Positions 1-11,837 are shown, counted from the first letter of the stretch. The stretch: DNA of 64,000 nucleotides from Epithemia pelagica (GCA_946965045.2 OX337233.1:1922001-1986000), one strand, 5' to 3'. Notes: generated by a model from the letters alone, not told the origin. Program-made: numbers and translations.

Positions 1-2622
1 ACTTCCCGCAACGTTTCTCTTTGATTACGTTGACTGATCGTAGGGCGGCCTTTTTTTGTTGGGGGGTCAATTTGGACGCGTCCTGTGGATCGAAAGTATC
101 TTGGTTGTCCAACTGAGTGAACTCCTTCAATAATGCGTCAATGGCTCGTTGCCCATGTTTCTTTATGCTGGCTTTCGCGGACATCTGAGTGAAAATGAAG
201 TTTGCCATCAGAGAGTGGATGGGTGTTCGGTCATTCACGTTGGTTGTAGCGTGTTTGATGGCCTGTTGTAGGAACTGTGCGTGCAAATAAGAGGTTGCGC
301 CATCTGCCATATCCATCTGATGATCGAGCCGGTGGGCGTACGATCGCTCCCGGTTTCCTCGAAGGTTGTACTCGTGTCTAGGCTCGGCGTTGTCGGTAGG
401 CTCGTCCATGTCATGGTCGTCTTCGTATTCCTCAGATACGTCCAGGAACTCGTCGCGCTCCTCATTCTGCGCTCCTTCGTCCTCCACGTTCCCCATTCCG
501 TGATCGTCGGTGTCTTCTCCCACGTCGACCACTTCGTCATCCTCATCAACATCATCGATGGGGTCATCGCTCGTCGTTTCACTGTCATCGTCGGAAGTGG
601 ATACCACGTGCCGTTTGGACAGTTCGCTGTCGGAGCTGTCGGGCGCTCCTTCGTCTACATCGTGTTTGTCTGTGTCGTCACTTTCTTCGCCCGCTCCTTC
701 GTTATTGGCGTTGTGGTGGGCGTCGTTGTTCGCTCCTTCTTCTGCTCCATCTTCCTCCTCCAAGTCGTTCTCGTTTGCGATGTCGTCTTCATGGTCCTCT
801 ATGGGGACGTTCGGTGCCCATTCGAAAACGAGCTCACCGTTGATGACGGGCTGTTCCTGTTGTTCAGCCAATTCTTCAACTTGGTTAATCACATCTTGTG
901 TGATGGGTAGTTCCGTCCACTGTTGTCTGGAGATTCTTGCCCCAGTCGCGAGTGATAGGAAGTAGTAACTCCCTTGGGCGTTACCTGTTGGATTGAGTGC
1001 TATGGCCCCAATGGTGCGTGGTGCCGTGGTGCTCGTCCGTCGTCGCTCCTCGAAAACTTGCGCGTATTGGCCGAATTCGATCCTCATACTGTTGTAGTCT
1101 GGATCGGGAAGGCCGGTTACGATTTTCCGGGGGCTCATAGTTGGTGAAATCCCCTTTCGGTTCGGCAGTTGGTTCAGCGTACGGACGGCCAGGGTGACTA
1201 GTTCTCGTACCATGAGGACCGGGTATCGTCGAAAAGGGAGTCCGTGGACGGTAGCCCGCACCCGCTCCTTGATTGTCCGGATGGAGCGCTCCACCTGTCC
1301 GACGTGGTCGTCTGTAGCCACGATGTTGGCGATGACTGGTCGAATGTTCGCTTGGAGGGGGGCGAACTCATTATCAGCATGCATATCGACCACTTCAAAA
1401 GCTCTGGATGAGTAGAGGTGGAAAACGCCTTTCAATTCTCGTTCCAGGGTGGCCTTGCGTCGGTTCTCGATCGCCGCAACGGTTCGAAAGTTGATGTTTC
1501 GTGATATCGTGTGGCAGAAAATGTGGCCTTGCACGTAAAAATTGTCCGCGCATATCGTCACGCGTTTGTGTTCTTGTTGGATGGTGTCGGGTAGGGTCGT
1601 TGTTGTCTGTTGTGGGACGCCGCCGGAGGACCGTTTAACCGTTTTTCCTTTTAGGGTTGCGGGGTCGGGTCCATAAATTTTGAGGGCGCGCCGTGCATCT
1701 TCGGGGGTGACGGGGCAGTTTCGGATGATGTTGTTGGTTAGGGCGTCAAGGAAATCGCGTTGGGAGGGGCGACCGAGTTGTCGGTACAAAGTACGGGCAC
1801 GATCCGCTCCTTCGACCTCCCGGGGCGAGAAACCAGTCGCATTACGAGGGACAGAGTTGAGGAACAGATAGGGAGTAGAGGTAGAGCTAATAAAGTTAGA
1901 CGGGTCGGCAACATCAAAATAGTAGAGTCCCATGGCGCTTTCACGAAAAATCATTACCGAGCCATCACGACGATGGACTGAGATGGAGGGATCACCCGCC
2001 GTGTCCATGGTGATGCGGCACCGTTGCCGTACGGCGGCAAGGGAAAGAATGTTGGCCAAGGACTGGGGGTTGTACCAGACCTCACCGAAGTTAGGAATGT
2101 CGCCAAGGAGGCGGGACACTTGGTGACCACCGTTGGTGTAGACGGTTAAGGGATGCGTCGACGGTCGAATGTTGGAAAGGAGGGAAGCATTCCGAAAAAC
2201 CGAAATGGTCGACTGACTATCGAGCAGAACCCAGGTGTCGGGGATGGAATGGTGTAGCGGCTGCAAAAAACAACAATCAACGACGGCGAACGTAAAATTG
2301 TATCGTGGGGGGGAAGGACCATGCTGTTGGAGCATGGTGACACCCGAGTTGCCACCGGCACTACTGGAAGCACCATTATCATCACCACGCAATGGGCACT
2401 GCTGACTCGCATAATGGCCGGGTCCTTGGCAATGAAAGCACGTGATGGCCTCATGAAGGATACCATCCAATCCAGGAACGGGGGACGCCGTTTGGGCGAA
2501 TTGTAAACCGCCACCACCACCAGCAGGAATCAAACTTGGTGTCCCGGAGGACTGAGAAGGGGTGGATGGCTGCTTCGGACCTCGATAGCTGACCAACATG
2601 CCATACGCGGAGGTCAGATGCC
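1..2622 (-). CDS. pol: Gag C-terminus plus Pol (zinc knuckle, aspartic protease, integrase, start of RT); the frame runs off the left edge, so it is absent from the ORF track
   Basis: Hand translation gives LTSAYGMLVSY, CFHCQGPGHYASQQC, WVLLDSQSTISVF (protease), LYRQLGRPS, ADNFYV / HADNEF / GQVERSIRTIKER (integrase D,D,E), an acidic linker, and IKKHG...AALRSVNVIKEKRCGK at the edge. Confidence 0.93.
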
Positions 2623-3620
2623 CCGGGTGAATTGGTTCTCCAACTCAATCAACAGATTGCCAAATCTTTTGCGATCGGCACCTTTGAGAAACTGGATGGC
2701 AAGGGCACGCTCGCGACTGACTCGTTTCTTCTCATCGGAGGAGGTGGACTCGTCGGGGTCCAAATACTTCTCCACCAATTCTTGGGAACCTTTGTCAATT
2801 CCAACCGAGCCACCATAATGCTCCAAAACGTCAATGTTTTCTTTAAATTGGTGAAGGTAATCGGCGAGGCTTTCTTCTGCTTGTTGTCGATGCATGTAGA
2901 AATTTGTGTACGCATCATTGAGTGACGCGTACCCATATCGCTTCTCTTCGAATTTGTGTCGGATGGCTTTGATTTGAGTCAACAACCAACCACAATCACA
3001 CCCGTCTCGAGCGGAATTGTATTTCTCGAGACCTTGGAGTTTGGCCTTCATGGCCTCACTGCACTGGCCCCAAATGACTGCATAGGCCGCTTGCAAATTG
3101 CTCTCGAGGATGTCGCAACGCGTAACGTACGCGGCAACCTTCTTTTCAAAAATCGCAACCTTGAGCCGACTGGTTTCCTCCTCTGGCAAATCCGGTGGCT
3201 CCTCGATCGTTGGGTTCTTCAATTCTCTCGTGAGGGTGGTCATGTCTCCTGCATGCTTCAGATTCTTTGCGAAGTATTCTTCTAGAGCCTCAATTGTCCG
3301 GGTAAACTGTCGCTTGTCATTACACTCATAAAAAACTTGAAAAACATGACCGTTCATGTCATCAGTGTTTCCTTTGAACGTGCTGGGGTTGGTAGCATAA
3401 CCACCGCGCCCACCACGTCCTCCTCGTCCACCTCGTCCACGTCCTCGTCCTCTTCGTCCTCGTCCTTGGTTGCCTTGACTCGGACTGGAAGTTCCGCCAT
3501 TATTAGGCGGCGTGGTACCGGGCGTAGCTTGGGCGCCGCCCGGGCTTGACGGGCTGGACCCTTGCGTACTGCTAATCTCGTTGGGCAGATAGATAGCGGA
3601 CGTTGCCCTGTCCCCGTCTT
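2614..3620 (-). CDS. gag: Gag with an RGG-rich N-terminal extension; a frameshift at ~2615 separates it from pol
   Basis: ORF 2614-3357 (FKGNTDD-MNGHVFQ...AAYAVIWGQCSEAMKAKL...ENQFTRG). The same frame stays open upstream to ~3620 (GRGRRGRGRGRGGRGGRGGRGG) without an ATG. Confidence 0.88.
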
Positions 3621-4189
3621 AGGTCGTAACCGCTGTCGGTGTGGATGACCACTAGTTTATCGCACACCTTGGCCACAACTCCTGTTCCGTCGCGGATCGT
3701 CGGTGCACGGGTGGAAAAACGTGAGGCTGGGTTCACGACCTTGACGATATCACCCACGCAGAATTTGCGTCGTCTGGGGTGTATTATATATCGCTTCCCT
3801 GTGACTTTGGACGTCCACAAGGTACAGCCGGATTGCAGTGCTGCTCTCTCGGCTGGAGTGTAGATCACCTGATTGCCTGATTTGGGGGAGAAAGTGCCGA
3901 CAACTTCAACCGTGTAACTGGCAATACTCGCACTTGAGGCCGATTCCCGACTCGTCTTGAAGGTTCCGGTGCGTTCCTCGGACGCTTCCTCTTCGTCTTC
4001 GCTGTCTCCTGTTTCGTATCCGCTGGGTTGAACTCTTGCCACGGGCACGGTGGCCACGGGCACCGACGGTGGATCTCGTAGGTCCTTGAGCCTTCGGATA
4101 ATCTCTTGCTGGCGAACACTCAGTTCGGCAAGTTCTTGAATGAGTTCGTCGATTTCTTGTAGGTTTCTTACCGTAGGGGCGGTGTTCAT
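3572..4189 (-). CDS. Extra retrotransposon ORF upstream of gag (coiled coil plus SH3/KOW-like barrel)
   Basis: 205-aa ORF overlapping the gag frame. N-terminal heptads LQEIDELIQELAELSVRQQEIIRRL; C-terminal FCVGDIVKVVN...GTGVVAKVCDKLVVIHTDSG. Confidence 0.6.
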   Translation of the reverse strand: MNTAPTVRNLQEIDELIQELAELSVRQQEIIRRLKDLRDPPSVPVATVPVARVQPSGYETGDSEDEEEASEERTGTFKTSRESASSASIASYTVEVVGTFSPKSGNQVIYTPAERAALQSGCTLWTSKVTGKRYIIHPRRRKFCVGDIVKVVNPASRFSTRAPTIRDGTGVVAKVCDKLVVIHTDSGYDLRRGQGNVRYLSAQRD

Positions 4190-6430
4190 GGAAATAGAAA
4201 GCTTTGAAAAGAGAAAAAACCGTTTTCTTTGGAAACAATGTTGAGTAGAATGGTGCAGCCGTCAGCTTTGTCCACTATACTGTAAAGTCGAAAATGATCC
4301 TAATTTACTGGCTTGATTGTTTCCAAAGATTCGTTGGCGATTTGTTCGCCTTTCCTCTTCTGACTACGTCAGCGAACGTCACGCGTGCGGAGCTCGTCCT
4401 GCTTGCTTTATTCTCCATAGTATTCTTCATTGTCTTTGGTCTTGCTTTCATTGTCTTTGGTTTTGCTTCGCCAGGCGTTCCCGCGTCGCAGTGTTTTCTT
4501 TCTTGCTCATTATTTCCAACACTCGTCCCAGCTAGTAGAATGGACTTTTTTAAGCGGAATGGACTCGATTGGTTGATTCGGTTTGTCTTTGCTTGTCTCT
4601 TGGGAATGTGTCACCAATCATGAAACAACCACAGAACGATTTGTTACGGAACAATGTTGTGTCATTTCGAGAGCCATTCATCTCGGTTGAGCATGCTGTT
4701 TTGGTTGTAGTATATAAATCGTTTGCTGTACTATATCTACTACTCATGGCCTTTCAATATACTAAATGCTGACTTTCTCGGCGCTTCTCAAGCTCAGACT
4801 GGACGAGATGATGGTTTTGCGTTTTTGTGAATCACTCTTCCTCCTTTATGGTGAGAGATCACATTAAGCTAAAAAGACGACCATCCAGTGTAGGGAAATG
4901 TACCAGCTGCGTAGGCATGGAATTTGGAATCTTTCTTCGAGGACTTCCGATATAAGAAGACTATGGCTTTGTTGCGAAAAACTACCCGTCGTCACAAAAG
5001 GAGATTTCAAGTTTTTGAGTGAAACAAATTACTTTCAAGCCGATGATGGCTATAAAACCAAGAAGCTTGTGGATACAGCGAAAGGTCTACTGTTGATCGC
5101 AGCGTCTGGTTTCTGTACTTTCGAGCATACAGTAGCTACTTTTCACCTTCCGACACAATGGTGGAATCGTGGGATGACTCATGTGTTTGTTTTCTTCTGC
5201 ATGATCAACTATCTTTGACTACGAACCACTGGGACCAAATCCATCATTTTTACCTCCCACTTTACCATTCCGTGGTGGCAATCCACATGCTTTCAGTTCC
5301 GGGAGATCCTTGCACCCGACGAGAAACAAGAGTGTTTCTCGTAGCTAATGTACGAGAGGTATCAACCTTCTCTGCCTACTCCTAGTGTAATGTATAGCTA
5401 TAGTGTCTGCCTTGTTCATGTATTGCTATTTCCATTGGTTGCCAGTAGATGAATCCTCATCAAGCAACATGGCTAGTTTAAACCCTACAGGGAAGTAAAG
5501 AGTCCGGCTAACCGTAGAACAGTTTCAAATTGGAGCATCATTCGACACCCACCCCATACCCCATACATCTCCATAGTTGGTTGTTGATCCACTGGTGGCA
5601 TGGGTGATGCTGGCAAGGGATCCTGCCGGACGTGCCTCTTTCCTGGGGCATTCTCAAGTCGACCTACATGGCATGGGCTCTGCTTTTTCATCCTTTCCCT
5701 TTTCTGTTCAACAAAATGTAGTAACAACCACAAGAGAGACAGTCCGTATCATCTACGGCAAGTTACCCTATTGCTAGTAGCCTTTCGTATCTACTTCTAT
5801 CTTCTATTGCATTGCTCTAGCTGGTAGGTTCTCGTAGACACTACAAGATATGGTCTGTTGCAGTTAGTACATGGTTCCATTGCCGAATCTGGTCTGTACG
5901 TAGCCAACCTACCAGAAATTCTGATGGCCATTCGGCCAACATAACTTTCAAGACGCTGATCATTACCAATTACTACGGAGCTACCCAGGTCGACTATTTC
6001 TAGTCATCGCAAAATTGTCGGTATCAGAAGGTGCGATTTTACCGCAACTTGGCCAACCAAACCGAGGTAATGAGAGACAGGGAGGGCAGTAATATAAAAG
6101 TATCAGTTGTGATTATTGCCGCCAATTTATTATTCTGTACTCGTACTCATTATAGATTAGCGTCGAACTATAAATACTGTACTCGGATTTGTATGAAAAA
6201 CTAAAAACTCCATACGAGTACTCTTATATACGAGTAAGAGTACTCGAAACTCGAAATATTGGGAGCCACGTGCACCACCAACACCAACGGAAAAGGAGGC
6301 TGTGGCCTGTGGCTCACACAAAATTTCGCGCCCTGTCTGCTCGTGCTTGGACTTTGGACCTCCAACCTCCAACCTCCAGCAGCCGTCTACCTTCTTCAGA
6401 CCCCTGCGTGTCAACCAAGAAAGAGATACC

Positions 6431-8489
6431 ATGGTGAGCTTTTCCAAGTTTCTTCTCAGCGCTTTTGTTCTAGTCAGTGCCAATGCTGTATCATGGGAGT
6501 CCAACTCTACTGAAGACCGGAAGCCACGGCGTCGTCGACTCTCGGGTAGTAAAAGTGGCAAGGGTAAGGGTGGCAAGAAATTTTGCTCATTGAGGACTCC
6601 GACCCAAAGGACGAGCCGGCAGAAAATTTTAGGGTCCTTAAAGACTGTCATGACGAAGACGTAGTCATCGACGTAGAGGGTTCTTTGGTTGTTCTCGAAA
6701 ACGATTTGAAATGCGAGATTCACGACGGGGAGAGGGCTATTAATATCATAGCTGACCGTGTCGTGTTGGACTGCAAGGGTCACAGCGTGGAGAATCTCTA
6801 CAATTCAAATTCCAAGGTTGGAATTGGAATCCGTGTTCAAAGCTCCAACGTCATTATCGTGAACTGCCATGTTTCTAATTTCGAAGAGGCTTTCCAATTG
6901 GACGGCAAATAAAACACCAACAAACAAATAACCGGCGCTCAAAATGTACTGATCAAGGTACCCCCAAGCAGGGGTGAATAGTCGGGTCGCACATGTGTCG
7001 TGAATTCGAGGTGTATAGTCTTATTCACCCCCACGGCGCGAGGGTCCAAAATTGGCGATTTCTCAACTTTGACACAAACCACCAAAACACACCACACATT
7101 CACCATGGAGCCAATCTTGAGAGTGTCATAACATCACCCATGAACGTTCAATCCTTCACCCAAGATGACCAACATGTCTCCCTTACCCCACCGGACCATC
7201 GTGAACCTGCGGTTGCCTCCGAAACCCGCCACAACAAGTCTCTCCATGGTGTGCATACCACCACCAAGAACAACCACACCAACGAGACAGATGACCGTCC
7301 TTTCCATCCATCCATGCAAGCTCTCCTTTTGATCCAACCATCTGCAAGCCTCCCTTGCACCTCCACAGACCAAATGGAAGCTTCGCATTCGCTCGAAACC
7401 ACAATCAACCAGGCTTTTTCCGATTACAACGGCAAGACGACTCGTGCTTGGGGATTGTCTATTTGTTTGCTTATCACCATCCATGTCATAAACTATGGTT
7501 GATTGTTGTGTTGTTGTCTTCGTCTTTGGGTAAGCTAGATGCAACAAACGAGAGGTGATTGCTGTGTGATCTTGGTGCTTTGTATCTTTGAGCTTAATTT
7601 GTGTTGTTGTGTGTGGAGAGCGAAGACCCCAATGTTGCTGAGGGCCTTGTTTTCCATGGGATAAAGATAGGCCGATGGAATCAACGAAGGAAGGAGAGAA
7701 AGGAAGAGGGGGAACATTGTCGATGCCTGATAGAAAGGAATAATGGGTGAGAAGAAGGTTGTTTTGGGCGATGCTTCTGTTGCTGCCTACCATGGACCTT
7801 GGTAAGCCAATGTCAACCTTTCCGCACCACCATCGAGTCATACAGTCCACATGCGCCTTGTTTTGGATGATGGTGGCCTTTGGGCAGTGATGATGGGCCA
7901 TGGACGATCGCATCACCTCCAGTGCCGTGGTGAATGCGCGGAGTGGTTGCGAGGTTTGTGTCAAAGTCGAGAGCGCAAGGGATGCGCCGTGGGGGTGAGA
8001 AAGACTTTGCACACCAGAATCGAATCACTAAACCTCATGACTCACCCCCGCTGGGGGGGGGTACTGATCAAGGGTGTCTCGGGATCTCACAGCACGTTTG
8101 GGCTCAAAACGAGACGCGACCCCAGTAAACTCACAATCGTGGATTCGCATTTTGACAACAATTAAGATGGGGTTTTTACCGAAGGTGGAGTAGTAGATCT
8201 CTTTCTGTCATCCCTATCTGCGAACCTAAATGGCCAAGATGGATATGACTTGGTAAACGTTGTATCCGGAACAGGTGTGGGCCTGGAGGCTAAAGGAAAC
8301 GTCCGGTTTGGTGCTAATGTTCGAGGACCCAGTACTGCTGATCTTCAGGTGCATGACTCTCTGGTCTGTGATAACCTTGATTTTGATTTCCAGGTCAAAG
8401 AAGAGTTTTTTCATGAGGCTGTCACTTGCAACTCTTCTGATGACCCCGATAGTTCCATGGACCCCAATATTTGCGATTGTCCGTGTTAA
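6431..8489 (+). pseudogene. Secreted right-handed parallel beta-helix (pectin lyase/NosD-like) protein, paralogue 1, inactivated
   Basis: Signal peptide MVSFSKFLLSAFVLVSANA; VLDCKGH...GIGIRVQSSNVIIVNCHVSNF; Cys-rich end ICDCPC. Lesions: frameshift at ~6582, TAA at 6910, transposon at 6958-8064 splitting NVLIK|GVSG, TAA at 8163. Confidence 0.85.
6958..8064. mobile_element. Non-autonomous long-TIR DNA transposon, Mutator (MULE)-like
   Basis: Termini GTACCCCC...GGGGGTAC; imperfect TIRs of ~150 bp (shared tcacccccacggcgc and actttgacacaaacc). TSD is TGATCAAG (8 bp) or CTGATCAAGG (10 bp) depending on the terminus chosen. No transposase recognised. Confidence 0.85.
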
Positions 8490-8898
8490 TCAACATTCTC
8501 ATCCATATCTCTATAAGACAATGATTCAAGTAAACTACATCTGCTGCTATGTATTCGCTAAGTCAGAGAAGTGAATATCCGTTTCACTGGGGACCAGAAT
8601 TAATTGACTTCTTCTGTGTTAAGCATAACTCCATCTCTTTGGGAGATTGGCGTTTGACGGTGACTGGGGTCCACTCTGTCGGGTCTACCTATCATCTATC
8701 ATTCCATCGTGGCGCCGGGAGCCCTGAAGAAAGAAAGTTTCAGGCCATAGCCGAGTTTGCCGGAGTTCAGAGGCGCCAAGGCCAAGGTGGCAAAGCGAAA
8801 AGAGCCAAGAAGGACGAAGGGCCACAAGTCAAAAGACAAGAAGAAAGAAGAGCTTGACGCCAGATGCCAGATACTCTAACAAATAAATGCTAGACTTA

Positions 8899-10188
8899 AT
8901 TCGCCATTATTTCCCCTCCATATTGGTGAGGCGGCCAGACCAAACTCGGTCGCGTTTCGTAGACACATGCTAGGGAGAGCTTGCTCTCAAATGGGGTGGC
9001 TTTGCCAGCTCTCCAACTGCCAGCAAGCGGCCCTGCGTGGATGACGGTTGGTTGTTTCATAATTCAAAATGCCGGACAAGCACACAATCCTTTTCTCTTG
9101 CCAAAGCACATCGTATCAATGACATTCCAGGTGAGCTTGATCCATTGAGGATTGCCATGACAATTACATTGCTCATGCTCACTCACACTTGTCACTTTTG
9201 CTTGCTCTGCTCATGGGACGAGAGTCTGCTCATCTGCTGTGTCTCTGGCTCAGCAGCTCATTACTTGCCATTGTTCATTTCTGTCGAAATGATACCCATA
9301 ACTTCCATTGCATTTATCCACAGCCTAAAGACCTCCTTTTCTTTATTAACTAGAAATAGAACTCAAGTGCTAGCCATCCATAGAGTTTAGTGCCTTCTGT
9401 ATTCGTGTAGTACATCAGTTTTCTGTTTTGAGCACGTCAATGACCCTCAGTTTCACCATGAACACACGACAGAGCAGCTCTTACACGCTTATACAGCTAC
9501 AAATTGAATCATTCGCTGTTTGACTCTAGCTCTAGGAGCTGATAATTGGAAAGTAGGGTGTGGCAAGTGGCAAGAGCAAGATGGAGCCATCTACTTGAAG
9601 CAAAAACAACAAAATGTTCGGTCGTTGAGAAATGATTGACAATGATACTATGAATAGTGAATCATCTATCCTACAGAAAACATGAAAGTAATCAACCAGC
9701 CAACAATCAAACAACAAAAGAAGTACAAGAAGGGAAAAGGGAAGGATGTTCCACTTGACCACAAGCAGCTTATACCCAGTCTACTTGTACAACATGAGAC
9801 AAATCCAAAGGATCATGCAAGAACAAAAGGAAAGATTGCAGCAGTGATGAGAAAGAAGAAAGAAAAGGAGACGACAAGATTAGAAATAAGCAGCAGTAGT
9901 GGGAAGTTAAATGCGATTCAGCCCAGCATGATCCGTCCATGGTTCTTACCTCACGTCATGGTCAAGCATTTGCCTCGGTTTTGGGTTTTGTGACAGACGA
10001 GAACAAGAGGGTTGCCCAAATTTATGAGCATTCAGACACCACTGGACGCAAGCCGACCTTGATGTAACGGCGTTGGCAATTAGAGATACTTAGAGCTACC
10101 TGGAGCAGTGGCGGGCGATATTCAAGAAAGATAGGGTTGGGGATATGTCTGGCCGCCTCACCAATATGGAGGGGAAATAATGGCGAAT
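8899..10188. mobile_element. Non-autonomous TIR element A (1290 bp), 42-bp perfect TIRs, no evident TSD
   Basis: ATTCGCCATTATTTCCCCTCCATATTGGTGAGGCGGCCAGAC at 8899-8940 and its exact reverse complement at 10147-10188. Flanks ACTTA | ATTAC. Confidence 0.92.
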
Positions 10189-10580
10189 ATTACTACTTGT
10201 TGTACGAACGTTCGTTGCTCTTGTGCTCTTGATTCTTGAGTCTTTTGACTTTTGATCAACGGAAGAACGGAAGAGGAAAGCCAAAAGCTGACATAACAAA
10301 TAATAATAAACTGTACTATGGGCAATATTATGAATCATCAATGGCCCTCCAGTAACAAAATTTCGGATTTCAGTTGTACAGATTTATTGTATTGCCCTCC
10401 AAAATTCCGAACCCTGATAATGTGTTTGACACGACCAACATGTCTCATTTTTCAGAATAACGCCAATTGGGTGGTGGTTGGCGCTTCAAGCAAAAGAGGC
10501 GCGAAAAACTGTAGTGTTACTTTCACAAAAACAGGGCCTTGGGTTTGGGGTTTGGGGATTGAAACAAGATACCAGATACC

Positions 10581-11837
10581 ATGGTGCGATTTCTGCTGCT
10601 GATTCTCAGTACTTTTTCCCTTTCCAGTGTGGAAGCTCTTCACAGGGGAGTAACCTCGAAGAAAGAATGGAATCCTAGGCCTCGTCAATTGATGGGCATG
10701 GGCATGGGCATGGACAAGTTCTGTAAAGCAGGCGAAGAATTCGCCATTATTTCCCCTCCATATTGGTGAGGCGGCCAGACATATCCCCAACCCTATCTTT
10801 CTTGAATATCGCCCGCCACTGCTCCAGGTAGCTCTAAGTATCTCTAATTGCCAACACCGTTACATCAAGGTCGGCTTGCGTCCAGTGGTGTCTGAATGCT
10901 CATAAATTTGGGCAACCCTCTTGTTCTCGTCTGTCACAAAACCCAAAACCGAGGCAAATGCTTGACCATGACGTGAGGTAAGAACCATGGACGCATGGAC
11001 GGATCATGCTGGGCTGAATCGCAGCCACCCCATTTGAGAGCAAGCTCTCCCTAGCACGTGTCCACGAAACGCGACCGAGTTTGGTCTGGCCGCCTCACCA
11101 ATATGGAGGGGAAATAATGGCGAATCTTTCAAATCATTGACGGGAATGACGACTTCTGCGGTAAGAACATCGAAACTTCAAACTCATTGATTGTCCTCCA
11201 CGAGGATGTGGAATGCCCTAGAAGGGGACTCCGGATCAATGCAAACCATGGCACGTTGGACTGTAAGGGCAACAAGATTACGGGTACAGGTATCGGGAAT
11301 GGAATCCGTGTGAGAAATGTCGACAACGTTGTGCTATTGAACTGTCATATTTCAAATTTCCGTCGGGGTGTCCGTATTAGAGATTCAACGAATGTCCTTG
11401 TCCAAGGATTCTCGTCAAGCTACAACACACGGCATGGTCTTGACATTGCGGGGACATCCTCCGATATAACTTTGGTTAACTCACACTTTGATAAAAATGG
11501 GAGGAACGGCGTTGACGTCGCGAAGAAAACCGGTTCTACCGCGGGTTCTACCGAGAATCTCTTTCTTGCTCACCTCTCGGCGGATGGAAATGGAAGAGCC
11601 GGATATCGATTTAGAAACTTTATGACAGGGGTGGCCGTCGGCCTGGAGGCCTCAAAAAACAAGGATGGTGTTCGAGTTCGTGATGGCAATATGGAACTCT
11701 TAATTACCGATTCCACCTTCTGTAAGAACGACCGTGACGATGTCCGAGGTAGCCAAAATGACTTTGAACACTTGTCGATTACGTGCGACAATACTCAGGG
11801 CAAGCAAAACGGAGATATTTGCAACTGTGAATGTTAA
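10581..11837 (+). pseudogene. Secreted beta-helix protein, paralogue 2, interrupted by element B
   Basis: Signal peptide MVRFLLLILSTFSLSSVEA; TLDCKGNKITGTGIGNGIRVRNVDNVVLLNCHISNF; ends ICNCEC. Removing 10739-11125 restores one uninterrupted frame (AGE-D-FQII). Confidence 0.88.
10739..11125. mobile_element. MITE, element B (387 bp): internal-deletion derivative of element A in opposite orientation
   Basis: Same 42-bp TIRs. 10739-11022 is the reverse complement of A 9913-10188 and 11023-11125 of A 8899-9001, with a few substitutions and an extra 8-bp duplication (catggacg). Confidence 0.95.

Larger units (their letters stand above)
1..4189 (-). mobile_element. Ty1/copia LTR retrotransposon of diatom CoDi type; 3' part runs off the window, 5' LTR/PBS not identified
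   Basis: Minus-strand order is extra ORF, gag, zinc knuckle, protease, integrase, then RT start; integrase before RT is the copia order. Confidence 0.95.

Noticed and set aside
281-965. Plus-strand hydrophobic and Ser-rich ORFs (209 aa, 151 aa)
   Set aside because: Antisense shadows of the acidic pol linker on the minus strand.
2605-2630. Programmed -1 gag-pol frameshift
   Set aside because: No canonical X-XXY-YYZ heptamer in the gag frame, and the break falls inside Gag. As I recall, related elements read FTRG-x-DQYP-x-LTxAY here, so a small inactivating deletion is more likely.
4190-5400. 5' LTR and primer-binding site of the left copia element; ORF 4898-5218
   Set aside because: No tRNA-complementary PBS or convincing TG...CA boundary was found, and the partner LTR is outside the window. 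The ORF has no recognisable motif.
10739-11125. Element B acting as an introner (spliced out of the mRNA)
   Set aside because: A good donor (G|GTGAG at 10766) exists in the TIR, but the nearest acceptors give either an in-frame TAA (11115) or the wrong phase (11165).
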